NCBI GenBank assembly: GCA_013239625.1
Contig: MU053994.1
Span: 2,423,589-2,487,588, forward strand
Reading direction: 5' to 3'
DNA length: 64,000 bases
Source of the DNA: Lama guanicoe
Taxonomy: Eukaryota
The position numbers and the translations under genes were made by a program. Below the pieces are notes generated by a model. It was not told where the DNA came from, made no database searches, and worked only from the letters and a program-made list of their open reading frames with translations. Position 1 is the first letter of the stretch, and the number at the start of each line of letters is the position of its first letter. Below are positions 1-12,564 of this stretch, one piece after another.

Positions 1-178
1 ATGGACATTTAGGTTGTTTCCATGTTTTGGCTATTGTAAATAGTGCTGCTATGAACATTGAGGTGCATGTATCTTTTCGAATTAGAGTTTTCGCCTTTTC
101 CAGATATATGCCCAGGAGTGGAATTGCTGGACCATATAGTAACTCTATTTTTAGTTTTTTTAGTTTTTTTTTTTTTTA
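1..178 (-). mobile_element. L1 fragment (ORF2 C-terminal region), cut by the window edge
   Basis: atggacatttaggttgtttccatg...gctatgaacattg...aggagtggaattgctgg is antisense L1; near-copies occur at about 34821, 39160 and 47115. Confidence 0.9.
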
Positions 179-199
179 ACAAACATTACTTCTTGATGA

Positions 200-580
200 T
201 TTAGTTTAGGGACGTCCCTGTCCTGGCCTATAGAATCTAAGAGGGATCTTGGTAGGAGGTTTCTGAGAAGTATTTTTCTCCACGAAAAAAAGAGAAATGC
301 TTAAGGGGAATGCTGCCACCATCACCCATCCATGTTATTCCTGCTTTTGAATTCTGTTGTGAGGATATCAGATATTGGAGTAGCAGCAGCCATTTTGTGA
401 CCATGAGGGGATGATTGAACAGAAAGGTAAAAAGAGGCTGGGTGCTTAATGACTTCTTTGGCCATCAAACCAGAGACCACCTGCCTCTGGGCTTCTTGTT
501 ATAATATGAAATATTAGTGTATCTTTATTGTTTAAAATGCTTTTTATTAGATATGCTTTTGAGAGCATTGTAATGGGTAT
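200..580 (+). mobile_element. Old MaLR LTR (MLT1J/K-like)
   Basis: gcagccattttgtgaccatgagg and ccacctgcctctgggcttcttgtt motifs. Confidence 0.55.
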
Positions 581-1754
581 AATCCCAATTTAATAGTGGA
601 GAAGTCTAGGAGAAATTAAATTAATTAGTGGCAGAGAGGGGCCTAGAATCCAAGGGTTCCAGTTTCACCCAGAGTACGCTTCTCTACCTCTGAACTCTAC
701 AGAGTCTTAGGGAACCTCGGGAGCCTCCTCAAGGCCAAGGGTGCCAATGTGCCCCTACCTCCCTTCCCCAACCCAAGTCAGAGCAGCATGGCTTTTATCT
801 GATTTATCTTACTGGCTTCCCACTAACATTCTGTTTGAAATAAAAGACTGTGAGGCTTTGACATATTTAAAAACCACAGTCCCACCTCTTATCCTTAACA
901 ACAGTGACCAGCTCTTTACCCCACCACAGCAGAAACTGTAAAGAAAATGTCTTTTCTAAGAGGAAACATCGGGAGTAAGGGTTGTATTTTATTTCCCAGG
1001 TGTAAGCCCAGAGATCGCAGCAAACTGTTCACTCACGCGTGTGCACACACACGCTACAGACACACACGTACTTCTGAAGCATATACACGCAGACGCGCTG
1101 TTGTCTTGATTTTTCATCCTATTAGCCGCTTTCAGGTTGTGAGGCAGAATGAGGCACAGTGAGGCTAGCACGGATGCTGGCGTTGATGAAGCCCCTGGAG
1201 GGCCGAGCAAGAGCTCCTGACTTGGTTTTGGAAACAGCAGCAGCCGAGGCCACACTGATCATCTGGTCTTGTCCTTGACTGTTCCAAACTCCAGGGCCAC
1301 CTCTATTCTCAAGACCCAGCTTCTCTTGGCTTCTCCCACTTGCTCTCAAACTGCTCAGAATTAGAAACCTTCCCCTGAGCAGATCCGATCTGGTGGGCTC
1401 CTCACTGCACCGTGTGGACCCCCCAGCCCCGCTCAGGCCAGACAGAGTTCTCAAGCCAGAGCGCCTCATGCCTTTCCCGGGATGCAGATTCCTGACCCAA
1501 ATGGTGGTAACGGGGTAACAGAGTTCAGTGGCACAAAACACGGGTGGCAGCTTATGCAAAAGGAACCTGGCTCTCCTCAAAATAGGGTTCTGAGCATTAC
1601 AAGTGCCTGCCGTTTAAGCAGCTCCGATGCAGCCTCCTGAGAACCACTGGGCACTGCCTTCCTTTCTTCCTTCTGCTCCTCTATGTGCCCCTCCCCCACC
1701 TTCCTTTGGTCCCTCATCCAAGAAACATTTCTTCAATGCCTAGGATTCCCATGA

Positions 1755-2265
1755 TCTATTGCTGCTTCATAGACAATTTCAAAACCTAGTGGCTTCTGAA
1801 GAAAACCATTTTATCATATCTCACAGCTTTGGGGGTCAGAATCCGGGCAGGGCTTGGCTGAGTGATTCTTTTGCTTCTCGTGGCATCTGCTGTGATCGTT
1901 CAGTGGTATTTGCTGGCAGCCTGGCTGGTCTGGACGGTCAAGGTGAACCATGTCGAGCGCCTCAGCAGGAAAGGCTAGAAGGCTTGGGTCACTGGGCTGC
2001 GCATCCTCTTTTTGCCACTCAGGGTCCCTCCTGTAGATGAGTGTGACTCTGTACATGGCAGCTCTAAGAGTGAGTGTTTCAAGAGACAGGAAGTGGAAGC
2101 TGCCAGTCTCTTGAGGCCTGGGCACCGAAATTGGCACAGTGTCCCTCCTGCCATATTCTGTTGATCAAGATGTCACATAGCCCACCCAGATTTAACAGTT
2201 GGGGGGGGGGTTACAGTCCCTCTGAACGAGAGGAGTGTGAAGGCATTGTTGGCCATCTTTAATCT
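1755..2265 (-). mobile_element. MLT1 LTR
   Basis: tattgctgc...aaaacctagtggctt...tctcacagctttgggggtcagaatccgggcagggcttggctg; ccctcctgccatattctgttgatcaa. Confidence 0.7.
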
Positions 2266-2621
2266 GATGGGAATTGTGAGAGATGCTGTTAAGTAAAAGA
2301 TCGAATAACATGAGTACTGCTGTGTCGTTTGTTCCCTTTTTACTTCCCCTGGGTTAAGTCCAGATCTGAGGATAGACTTTCCTGTTTCCCTAAGTTACTG
2401 GAAAAACTCCGTTTGATATCGTGATGGGGGTGAGTGGAGCAGAGAGATGAGAGACAGAATCTGGGCAGGGCGGGGCTGCTGTTAGGAAGTCAGGTGGGCT
2501 AGGGGTGAGACCCAGGAGAAAAGATGCCGCAGCTGAGATGATGAGGCTAGGAAGTCTGGGGAAAGGGGAGCAAAGAGGAAGGCACCATTGGCACTTGTCC
2601 GGGAAGACAGGACCTTGACAT

Positions 2622-2900
2622 TTTCTGAGTCTGAGTTCCCTGGAAAAGCAGAGCCTGAAAATGAAGACTTGGGCTCAGGTAGTTAATTGGGAAGGTGACC
2701 CCAGGCAGCACAGTGACGGGCTGGGGAAGCGAGGTGGGGAGGGGAAGGGAAGCAGTGAAAGGTGAGCTGGGGAGCAGGTGGGCATCTGCGGCCCCCTGGG
2801 AGACTCTGGGGGAGCTGCTCCGGAGTTGTCAACCCGAGAGCAGCAAAGCGGCACTATTTATACACCAAATTCCTTCCCTCGTTCATCAGGAGTGGGTCCT
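2622..2900 (-). mobile_element. ERVL LTR fragment (LTR16/LTR33-like)
   Basis: gagttccctggaaaagcagagcctga...gtagttaattgggaaggtgaccccagg. Confidence 0.55.
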
Positions 2901-3095
2901 AGGGTCTTAAGCCCCCAGTGCTTTTGCCCTACTCTGCACCAGTGACCATCCTAGGATAGTCATTGTGTCCAGGAACTGCCTGTTGGGGGCTGAGAGGGTC
3001 TGGGCAAGGCCCTAACCGTGTCTGCTGAGACTATTTGTGATGAGAATTTCCATTCCCTTTGCAGTGGAACAAGCGCAGGGCCTCTGCCTCACACA

Positions 3096-3110
3096 CCTCC
3101 AGGGGGCGCC
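3096..3110 (+). promoter_or_regulatory. Candidate CTCF site
   Basis: CCTCCAGGGGGCGCC closely matches the CCASYAGRKGGCRC core; motif only. Confidence 0.45.
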
Positions 3111-3964
3111 TGTCACACTATGTTCCATGTGAAAGACACACCCCGCCTCCCCTGTTCTCGCAAATTCATCCTTAAAACCTGCACGGCCTGCAAATGCTTC
3201 GGGAGCCAGCAAATTCTCTCTGAGGTCTATGAAGAATGCCATGTCCTAAGTCAGGGTCGGCTCTGGGGCAAAACAAAGATGCTGGCAGGGACAAGTGGTG
3301 CGTGTGGTTACCCTGTACTTGTCTCCACGCAGCACAGAGTCCAGGAAATAGGGAAAAGAAGCGCCTTCAGAAACACAATGCCAGCCTCTGGGACCCCTTC
3401 TCATGTCTTCCAGGGCTTAAGAAATATAGGAAGGTACTTTGTCCACTGAGGCCAGACCAAACCAGCAGGTTCATTTACCCTTCATGGAGGAAGTGACTTG
3501 ACCCCTCTGAGTTTCTGGCTCCCCATCTAGAATCATCTCTCAGGCCTCTTAAACCCTCAGAAGCTGTGATCTGATTTGATGAGGACAGAGTGAGATGAGG
3601 CGTTTTGATGATCACTGAGTTGTTAAAAGTACTGTACAAACTGAAAGCTGTCACAGGATCGCGACCATTATAGCAACGCAGAACTTGTGGAAACGGCCTC
3701 CTCCCCTAGGAGCCAAATTTACTCCGTGAAATCTATGTTGAGAGACTTTGCTTTCCTAGTGGTCTCTTCTTGAAAGGAGAGGATGGTGCCCCAGACCCCT
3801 AGCTCACTCATATGCCCTAAGATGCCTTGGGCTACACCGTGGGGGCCCCATTCTGCATAGACTCAGATGGGTGATTGTGTGTTGAGACAGGCAGGTCTTT
3901 CTGTTCAAACTGCCTTCAGTTAGGAGGCCTTTTTTGCTATTCTGGTTCTAGAATTATCTCTAGG

Positions 3965-4440
3965 CTGTCTCCTTAGGATGCTCTTGGTTGCAAGTGACGG
4001 AAAGCCCCAACACAGGAAGATCCCCAAAATGATACTTCAAGGTTCCTCTCCTCTGTGTTCCTCTTGGCTCTGCCTTTCTGGGTATGAGTGTTTGAGTTTC
4101 AGCCTCCAACTGGTCCCAGAAAGGCTGCTGCAGTTCCGGGCATCACGTGCAGGTACACAAGCTCTAGTAGCAAAGAACTGTTCCATCCGGCCAGAGATGA
4201 TATTCAGAACATCCAGCAACCAGTACAGCAGGGTATGGACCAGTGGGGAGAACCTCCAGCTGTACTGGCATGGGCCTGCTGAATATCACGTGTTTCCAGG
4301 GTTGCCTTCCAAAGAGGAAGGTAGCCCTCCCAACAGAATTAGCTCACAGCTCATTGGCCAGCACTGGATCACATGACTCCATCCCCAAAGCCAGTTTCTG
4401 GGGATTAGAATGGTAAAGATTTTGCCACAAATTGGGGATG
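3965..4440 (-). mobile_element. Degenerate MLT1J/K-like LTR
   Basis: aggatgctcttggttgcaagtgac...ctcattggccagcactggatcacatg. Confidence 0.45.
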
Positions 4441-4639
4441 GAGTCCCATTTCTTGAGGGTGGACATGGGGCTTAGATTTGTGTTCCTGTAGCAGGTTGGA
4501 GGCTGGGGAAACGATCCATCTCACCTGCTTCCCAGGCTCAAACCTCCCCGCCACCACCCCTCTGAAATCAGAGGCTCCTTATGCTAGCCTCAGATCCACT
4601 GTTAAATCCGACCTGAGCATCGTGTGTGTGTGTCCTTTA

Positions 4640-5225
4640 AACTTTTTATTTTGAAAATATTTCAAATCTACAGATTTGAAACTGTAAGAATAGGGCCACA
4701 AACTCCCATACACACTTCATCCAGATTCACCCATTACTGACATTTTACCGTATTTACTCTCTCTCTCTCTCTACACGCACACACATACACACACACACAC
4801 ACTGTTATTATTTTGGTTGAAGAATTTGAGTCAGTTGCAGACATTAGGACTTTTACTCCTAAATCTTGAGTGTGATTCTCCAAGGAACAAAGGCATTTGC
4901 TTACATAGCCACAGCCCAATAGTCACATTCAGGAAATTTAACATCAATGCAATACGACCATCTAATACACAGCACATATTCGGATTTCACCAGTTGTCCT
5001 AAAATTGTGCCTTTTAGTGATTTTTCTGCTCCAGCATTTAATCCAGGATCACATATTATTTTTGGCCACCTGGTCACTTCACTCCCCTTCCGTCTGGAAC
5101 GGTCCTCCAGCCTTTGTTACTCCTGATTCTGGCAGTTTTGAAATATACAGGCCTGTTTTGCAAAATGTTGCTCGATTTGGGTTTGATGTTTTTTTATGAT
5201 TAGATTCAACTGAGCATCTTCTTTT
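4640..5225 (-). mobile_element. Old L1 3' end (L1MC-like) with an embedded (CT)n(CA)n microsatellite
   Basis: tttttattttgaaaatatttcaa...catccagattcaccc; ccaaggaacaaaggcatt...acatagccaca. Confidence 0.7.
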
Positions 5226-6069
5226 TGCCCCCTTGCTTCTTTCTGCAACTGCAAGTGCTTGAAGCTTTTATGAAAGTTATCTTTATAATGTCTGCAGAGT
5301 ATAAGAGAAGTGCTATTTTGTTCAGTTAGGCCCATTTCATGGATGGACAAACTGAACCCTTCTAAATGAGTCATTTGGGAGATCCTAGGATACGGGTAAT
5401 CGAAGAGGGCTTGTGACAGACGAGCAATTTCCACTCAGTTGCCTGCCTTTCTCCCTCTGTTTCCTCGCACCTCATCTCCCCTTCTCTTTGGTCTTAATTA
5501 ATAGGCAAATTATCAAGTGTTTGGCCAGGCTGCGGGCCAGGAGGCTGTTGGTGGCTGCAGATCTTGCTTTTCAGGTGAGGTGGGGATGAGTCTTCCAGCA
5601 GCCTTCCCGTGACAAGGGCGTGATGGATTTCCCCCCATTCTTTGGTATCAGTGCTTTTGTTAGTTTGCATTTTATGCAGTGCCTTTCCCCTCGGCAACTC
5701 AAGGCCTTTTGGAGAGTCTTATGTAATGAAAAATAATTCTGCAAGTTAGGCAGACCGGGCAAGGCCAGGATACAGAAACCGCATTCCTCATATGTGTGCG
5801 CAGCAACCCTGCTGGGGCCCTTCAGCGTTGGGGCAGCGACATTTAATATTCGTGGCACTTGGAGACCATAAGGGAGCAAAGACGCAGGCAAAGGGGGATG
5901 CAGTGGCCTTTGCTAAGCTCCAGGGAGACCCCTTTTCCTGTGCTTTGGTGACTGACTCTTAAATAAGACAAGGAGGGACTTTAAGAGAGCGAGGTAAGGG
6001 AGGGAGGAATGGGGACAGTGATCAACAGGGAAAAATCAGTAAGGGCAGGAAAAGGTGCTCCGAGATCAT

Positions 6070-6700
6070 AGTACACCCATCAGAATGACTAATACATCAA
6101 AACTAATACCAGTGCTGGTAAGGATGGGGAGCAACTGGAACTTCATAGGCTGTTGATGGGCTGGAACTTGGTGCAGCCATTATGGAAAACTGTACAGATG
6201 CTCACCGCATCACCAGCAGTTCCCCTCCTGGTGACGTGGATGAGCACATACGTTCACTAAAAGACCTGCAAAATAATATTCATCACGTTATTCCATTCAC
6301 CAAAATCGAGGGACTACCAAATGTTCACCAGAAGTAGAATGGATAAATAAACTGTGGTGCATTTGTACTGTGGAATATTATGCGGTGATGAAAAAGGACA
6401 AGCTATTTCTTTGTACAATATGTAGGCAACTCTCACATACAGAATGTGGAGTGAAAGAAGACAGATAGATGATAAGGGCTGAATTCTGTATCATTTTGTC
6501 TGTATAAAGTTTTAAACCAGGCTAAAGTAATCTGGGGGGACAGAAATCAGGAAAGAGGTTACCTACACACCGGAAGGTCGAAAGGGACTATCTGGGGTGC
6601 AGGTAATGGTCTGTATCTTGGTGTTGGAGGACACATGAGTTTACTTTGTCAAAACTCATTGTGCTGTATGTTCATGACATGATACTTCAAAAAAAAAAGT
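6070..6700 (+). mobile_element. Old L1 3' fragment (L1MD/ME-like)
   Basis: gagcaactggaacttc, atggaaaac, gaatggataaataaactgtggt, A-rich end. Confidence 0.7.
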
Positions 6701-7254
6701 TTGCAATGAGGCAGGGAGGAGGAGGAATAAGGAAACACAGATGTGCCTCTGTTGGTGAGCAGGTTGGATTCTGATAACTGTCCTTGAATCCGTTTTTTGT
6801 TGTTGTTGTTGTTGTTAATGCAAAGGGACCACCACTCACTCCCCCAGTTTGTGGCAGTAGTTAGGATACATTCTTTTTCCCCTGGTGCTTAGCTTTCTAT
6901 CAGAGTTTGTGGGTGAAAATTTCAGAAGCAGAGAAGCTTCTAATTAGAGCAAGGCTAAGGGCATTAGTGATTTTGGACTTCATTCATTCACTCATTCATT
7001 CATTCAACCATCAAAAACAGAACAAATTATTGTGTGATTCTGAAAGCTTTTGGCCAGAACTATTCATTTCTAGAAGTCTTCCTCTCAGCAACAAGACATT
7101 TCAGCCTATCTGGGGAAAAAGTTAGAGGTGGGATGGGGGCTGCCACTGCTGTAAAAACTGCCTTCTCTCCCTTTTCCCCTAGATTTTGGGACTAGGGGGC
7201 CTAATTCCAGCCAGAGTGGAAGCTTGTGACAAGGTAGTGATAACCTCGAAAGAA

Positions 7255-7675
7255 GGTGGATCAGTTTCTCAGGGCTGCCAGAACAAAGTACGGTACACTG
7301 GGTAGCGTAAACAACAGGAATGCATTGTCTCACAGGTCTTGGGGCTAGAAGTCCATGATCGCAGTGTGGGCAAGGCTGGTTCCTCCTGAGGGTGTCAGGG
7401 AGAATCTGTTCCCGGCCCCTCCCCCAGCTTCCGGTGGTTTGCTGGCCGTCTTTGGTGTCCCTTGGTCTATAGAAGCATTCTCTCCATCTCTGCCATCCTC
7501 CTCACATGGCGCGCTCCCAATTGTGCATGTTTCTGCGTCCAAATTTCCTGTTTATATAAGTCATCCTGGATCAGAGCCCACCCTCATGACCTCATTTTCA
7601 TTTGATCACCTCTGTAAAACCCTATCTCCAAATAAGATCACATTTGAAGGGGGGGTGGATTAGAACTTCAGCATA
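7255..7675 (-). mobile_element. MLT1A/B/C-type LTR interrupted by Tigger1
   Basis: agggctgcc...tctcaca...ggctagaagtcc...cctatctccaaataagatcacatt...ttagaacttcagcata. Confidence 0.8.
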
Positions 7676-9945
7676 CAGGCATACCTCATTTTATTGTGCT
7701 TCATTTTTTTAATGGGCTTTGCAGATATTGCAATCTGTACAAATTGAAGGTTTGTGGCAACTGCCCATAGAGGAAGTCTATTGATGCCACTTTTCCAACA
7801 GCATTTGCTCGCTTCATGTCTCTGCCACATTTTGGTAATTCTGGCAATATTTCACTCTTTCATTATTATATTTGTTGTGGTGATCTGTGATCAGCGATCT
7901 TTGATGTTATTATTGTAATTGTTTTGGGGCGCCACCAAATGTGCCCATATAAGATGGTAAACTTAAACAATATATGTGTGTGTTCTGACTGCTCTACTGA
8001 CCAGCCGTTCCCCCATCTCTCTCTCTCTCCTTCTCCTTGGGCCTCCCTATTCCTTGAGACATAACAATATCAAAATTAGGCCAACTAATAACCCTACATT
8101 GGCCTCTAAATGTTCCAGTGAAAGGAAGGCTCTCACCTCTTTCACGTTAAATCAAAAGCTAGAAATGATTAAGCTTAGTGAGGGAGGCCTGTTGAAATCT
8201 GAGACAGACTGACAGCTAGGCCTCTTGCATTAAACAGTTAGCTAAGTTGTGTCTGCAAAAAAAAAAAAAGTTCTTGGAGAAAATTAAAAGTGCAACTCCG
8301 GTGAACACATACGATAAGAAAGCAACAGAGCCTTATTGCTGACATGGAGAAAGTTTTAATGGTCTGGAAAGAAGACCAAACCAGCCACAACATTCCCTTA
8401 AGCCAAAGTCTAATCCAGAGCAAGGTCCTAACTCTCTTCAGGTCTGTGAAGGCTGAGAGAGGTGAGGAAGGTGCAGAAGAAAGGTGTGCAGAGGTTAGTT
8501 CACGAGGTTTAAGGAAAGAAGTCATCTCCAGAACATCAAATTGCAAGGGGAAGCAGCAAGTCCTATGTCGAAGCTGCAGCAAGTTATCCAGAAGACCTAG
8601 CTTAGATTATTAACGAAGGTGGCTGCACTAAACAAACAGATTTTCAGTGTAAACAAAACAGCCATCTACCGGAAGAAGATGCCATCTAAGACTTTCATAG
8701 CTAGAGAGGAGAAGTCAATACCTGGCTTCAAAGAACAGGCTGACTCTTGTGAAGGGCTAATGCAGACCGTGACTTGAAGTTGAAGCCAATGCTCATTTAC
8801 CATTCCAGAAATCCTAGGGTCTTTAACAATTATGCTAAATCTACTCTGCCTCTGCTCGACAAATGGAGCAACGAAGCCTGGATGACAACACATCTGTTTC
8901 CAACATGGTTTACTGAATATTTGAAGCCCACTGTTGAGACCTACTGCTCGGGAAAAAAAGATTGCTTTCAAAATGTTACTGTTCATTAACAGTGTATCTG
9001 GTCATCCGAGAGCTCTGATGGAGATGTGAAACAAGATTAATGCTATTTTCATGCCTACTAACACAACATCCATTGTGCAGCCCATGGATCAAGGGGTCAT
9101 TTCCATTTTCAAGTCTTATCATTTGAGAAATACATTTCTTAAGGCTACAGCCACCATGGTAGTGATTCCTCTGATGGATCTGGGCAAAGTCAGTGGAAAA
9201 CCTTCTGGAAAGGATTCCCCATTCTAGATGCCATTAAAAACATTAATGATTCATGAGAAGAGGTCAAAATATCGGAGTTGTTTCTCATGGATGAACAAAG
9301 AAAGTGGTTTCTTAAGATGGAATCTACTCATGGTGAAGATGCTGTGAATATTGTTGAAATGGCAACGAAGAATTTAGACTAGTACATAAGTGAAACTTAG
9401 CTGATAAAGCAGCCAGCAGGGTTTGAAAGAATTGATACCAATTTTGAAAGTGTGGTGGGTAAAATGCTATCAAGCAGCACTGCGTGCTACAAAGAAATCG
9501 TTTGTGAAAGAAAAAGTTGATGGATGTGGCAAACTTCACTGTTGTCTTATTTTGAGAAATTGCTGAGGGGAGAGTATAGCTCGGTGGTAGAGCACATGAT
9601 TAGCATGCACAGGTCTCGGGTTCAATCCCCAGTACCTCCATTAAAAATAAATGAGTAAACAAACCAACCAACCAACCTAATTACCTTCACCCTCCCCCCT
9701 AAAAAAGAAACTGCCACAGCCTCCCCAACCTTCAGCTACCACCACCCCGATCAGTCAGCAGCTGTCAATATCGGGACAAGACCCTCCACCAACAAAAAAG
9801 TTACAACTCGCTGATGGTTCACATTTTTTAGCAATAAAGTATTTTCACCTTAAGCTGGGTGTATTGGTTTTTTCTTTTAGACATAATGCTATTGCACACT
9901 TAATAGACTACAGTATAGTGTAAACATAACTTTTATGTGCACTGG
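7676..9945 (+). mobile_element. Tigger1 DNA transposon, decayed, right terminus missing
   Basis: TA followed by left TIR CAGGCATACCTC; transposase pieces [48 protein letters not shown] and [14 protein letters not shown] in shifted frames. Confidence 0.95.
9565..9705 (+). mobile_element. Vic-1-type tRNA-derived SINE inside Tigger1
   Basis: tatagctcggtggtagagc A box, ggttcaatcccc B box, ctaattacc tail; TSD agaaattgc/agaaactgc. Confidence 0.9.
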
Positions 9946-9954
9946 CACTCTGGG

Positions 9955-10130
9955 CTGGCTGGAAGTAAGTGTTCAGGAATGAATGCCCCTCGACCAATGA
10001 GGGGCTGGAGTTGGTGGATCAATACCCCGGTTACCTAGCCCCTTAGTGGCATGATCCTGAGGCATGTTTCCCCCAGGCTCTCAGCGGGTCCCCACAGGAC
10101 TGAGCCCCAGTTGCCACGGCATGTATGTAT

Positions 10131-10189
<59 letters not shown>

Positions 10190-10440
10190 TCTTTAACTTT
10201 TTTTTTTGATTTATAATCATTTTACAATGTTGTGTCAAAATTTATTTATTTATTTATTTTTAACATTTTTTATTGATTTATAATCATTTTACAATGTTGT
10301 GTCAACCCACGGCATTTATTGACACCCCTCCCGCCCTGTCTTGCTTCCCTCTTCCCTCACTGTGCTTCCTGGATTACCTCCCAAATGCACTCAGATTCTT
10401 GTCTCAAGGTCTGCTTTGGGGGAAATCCAACTAAGACTGG
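9955..10440 (+). mobile_element. LTR16-like ERVL LTR interrupted by a short L1 insertion
   Basis: gagccccagttgcc...tgcttcctggattacctcccaa...cttgtctcaaggtctgctttgggggaaatccaactaagac. Confidence 0.75.
10123..10306 (-). mobile_element. Doubled, extremely 5'-truncated L1 3' tip with (AAAT)n tails
   Basis: ttgatttataatcattttacaatgttgtgtcaa at 10206-10238 and 10273-10305; TSD ccacggcat at 10114-10122 and 10307-10315. Confidence 0.8.
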
Positions 10441-10544
10441 GATGATATGGTCACACACTGGTCTGCATGGAGCTTTCTTCAGCCAGGAGTGTGGCTCGCA
10501 GACTTCTTCCAATCAGCAGGTACTGAAGGACTTTATTATTCTGT

Positions 10545-10735
10545 AGTCCGAGTGTGCCATATTTAATATAGCCAGTCCTCTTCTGGTGGACATTTCAGTT
10601 GTTTCCGGGTTTGGGCTGTTATGAACAAGGTGGCAATGAGCAGCTTTGTGCCTGCATCTTTCTGCAAATGGGCAAATCCATCTGAAGGATTACTTTCACG
10701 ACGTCCAATTGCTAAGTCAAAAGCTAAGGGAACAG
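10545..10735 (-). mobile_element. Old L1 fragment
   Basis: ggtggacatttcagttgtttcc...gctgttatgaacaa; minus-strand ORF contains KLLIATLFITAQTRKQLKCP. Confidence 0.6.
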
Positions 10736-12249
10736 TTTTGATCAGGACCCAGGGGTGGCTCTCGAGCTCCAGATTGGTGGTGACAGGAGTAGAGGGGATC
10801 GAGCCTGGGGATGCTGTTCGCAGTGGGGAGCCAGCGTGCCTGAAGAGGGCCTGCCCGCCTGGAGGTTTTACCCAGGGGTCTCTGTGCATTTGGTGGTGGG
10901 GGGCTGCTGTGTGCTGGGCCTTCCCCCAGAGTCAGTGTCTTCAAGAAGAACCTCACCATCCCATTTCACATGCCCATACCCCGCTGCCACGTTCATGCCA
11001 AAGATAGTTGTTTTTCGAGCCAAATCCCCCAATTTTCAGATGAAAAACAACTTGTTTTGAGAGCACGCACTCCTGAGATCTTCAGGCTCTTCCTTCCGGC
11101 TGACGAAATTAATTTTTAAAGTAGGAGGAATTGGGGAGGAAGCCGGGAACAGGTCTTCAGTGCGTGCAGGGAGTGTTTTCTCTAATTTGATCGCTCTGCC
11201 CACTCGTGAGCACTTCCAGTGTTTACCTGATCATCAGCCGTTGCAGAAAACAAATTTTAAAAGCATTAAAATACTCCTTTGTTCTCCTCTTGAGTTATTT
11301 TCTGCCTGCTGACTGCTTACATAATCTCATCTAAAGATGCAGAGAAAGATACCCCAGACCTCGCTCAGGGGACTTGAGCTATCGGAGAGGTGAGACAACA
11401 AAGGCTGGAAGCAGCAATGGTGGCCACTGTCCAGAAGGTCAAGGTGAAGGACAGAGAGGAGAGAAGAGTCCTCTTTCCCTGTCTTTTCCTTTTTCCTCTT
11501 TCTCTTGCCTTTCCTTTTCATCTTTTTTGTTTTCCCTTGTCACTAGGAGGTAGGGAGCAGGGCCAGAGATGTCACGCACGCACTCACGCACGCACGCACA
11601 CACCAGTTCAGGATCTGAGCCAGCCCTGGTGAGTTTCTGACAGCCACACCCCACCTGATTCCAACCCCAAGGTCCCCCATGGGTGTCAATCCAGGAAAAG
11701 CAGGACAGATGGTCAGCCCCCTCAGCAGCCACACTTAGGAGGGGCTGCTCCTGGAGAGGTCTGCCTTCCCTGCCCTCGGGGAGGGCCCGGGACTCAACTG
11801 GCCTCCCTAGGACGTCCTCTCCGCTGCACGGGGATCATCCTGGAGGTGTGGGTGGGATCTGGAAAGAGAGGTGTCGCAAAGGGAGCTGGTCCTCCTAGGC
11901 ACCCCAGCAGAAGCGGGGGGTTACATTCTGACCTTGTTGCCAAAGGTGTGCCATGTGAAAGACTGACGCGGCCAGGAGCGATTGGGAGGGGTAGTGATGC
12001 TGACTGGAGACCTTATTTATTGAGCACTTACGCCAAGCCAGGTCCTTGTCATCAGATAGCCCCAAGTTCTCATCCTTTGTATCCAGGGGAGGCTCTTATG
12101 CCTGAAGGATGTGTCTCAGGAGTCTCAGATGTGTAAGGTCTCCTGGTAGCTGTCCCTTCCCCGGCTCCCACTGTCTCCAGTCCCTCAGCACCTCCTCCCC
12201 ATCCTTCATACTCCTACCTCCTCGCTTTGGGGAAGCAGCCTAGCAGAGA

Positions 12250-12450
12250 AGCTGTGAGTGGAGGACTCCAGGGCTGGACCGTCTGGGCTAGAATCCCAGG
12301 ACGGTCAGTGACTGGCTCTGAGACCTTGGGCAAGTTTCTGAAGTGCCCTGTGCCTGTTTCCTCATCTGGTGGTTGTGAGGGTCAGTATTGGGGAAGCAAG
12401 TCTAACAGCACCTGATTCATGGTAAGCCCTGAGTAAGTGTCTGTTAATTT
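12250..12450 (+). mobile_element. MIR SINE
   Basis: gagaccttgggcaagtt...cctgtttcctcatctg core. Confidence 0.6.
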
Positions 12451-12564
12451 AAAATGGGGGCAAGTCCCCTGGCCTATGGAATGTAGCAGCCTTTTACTGA
12501 AGGTTTGAGGGTGATAGTGGGTAGTTCCCGTACAGTGACCAACAAGGGACCCCTTCAGGATGTC

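Noticed and set aside
8100..9540. Domesticated Tigger transposase (TIGD1-like)
   Set aside because: Multiple stops, frameshifts and an internal deletion.
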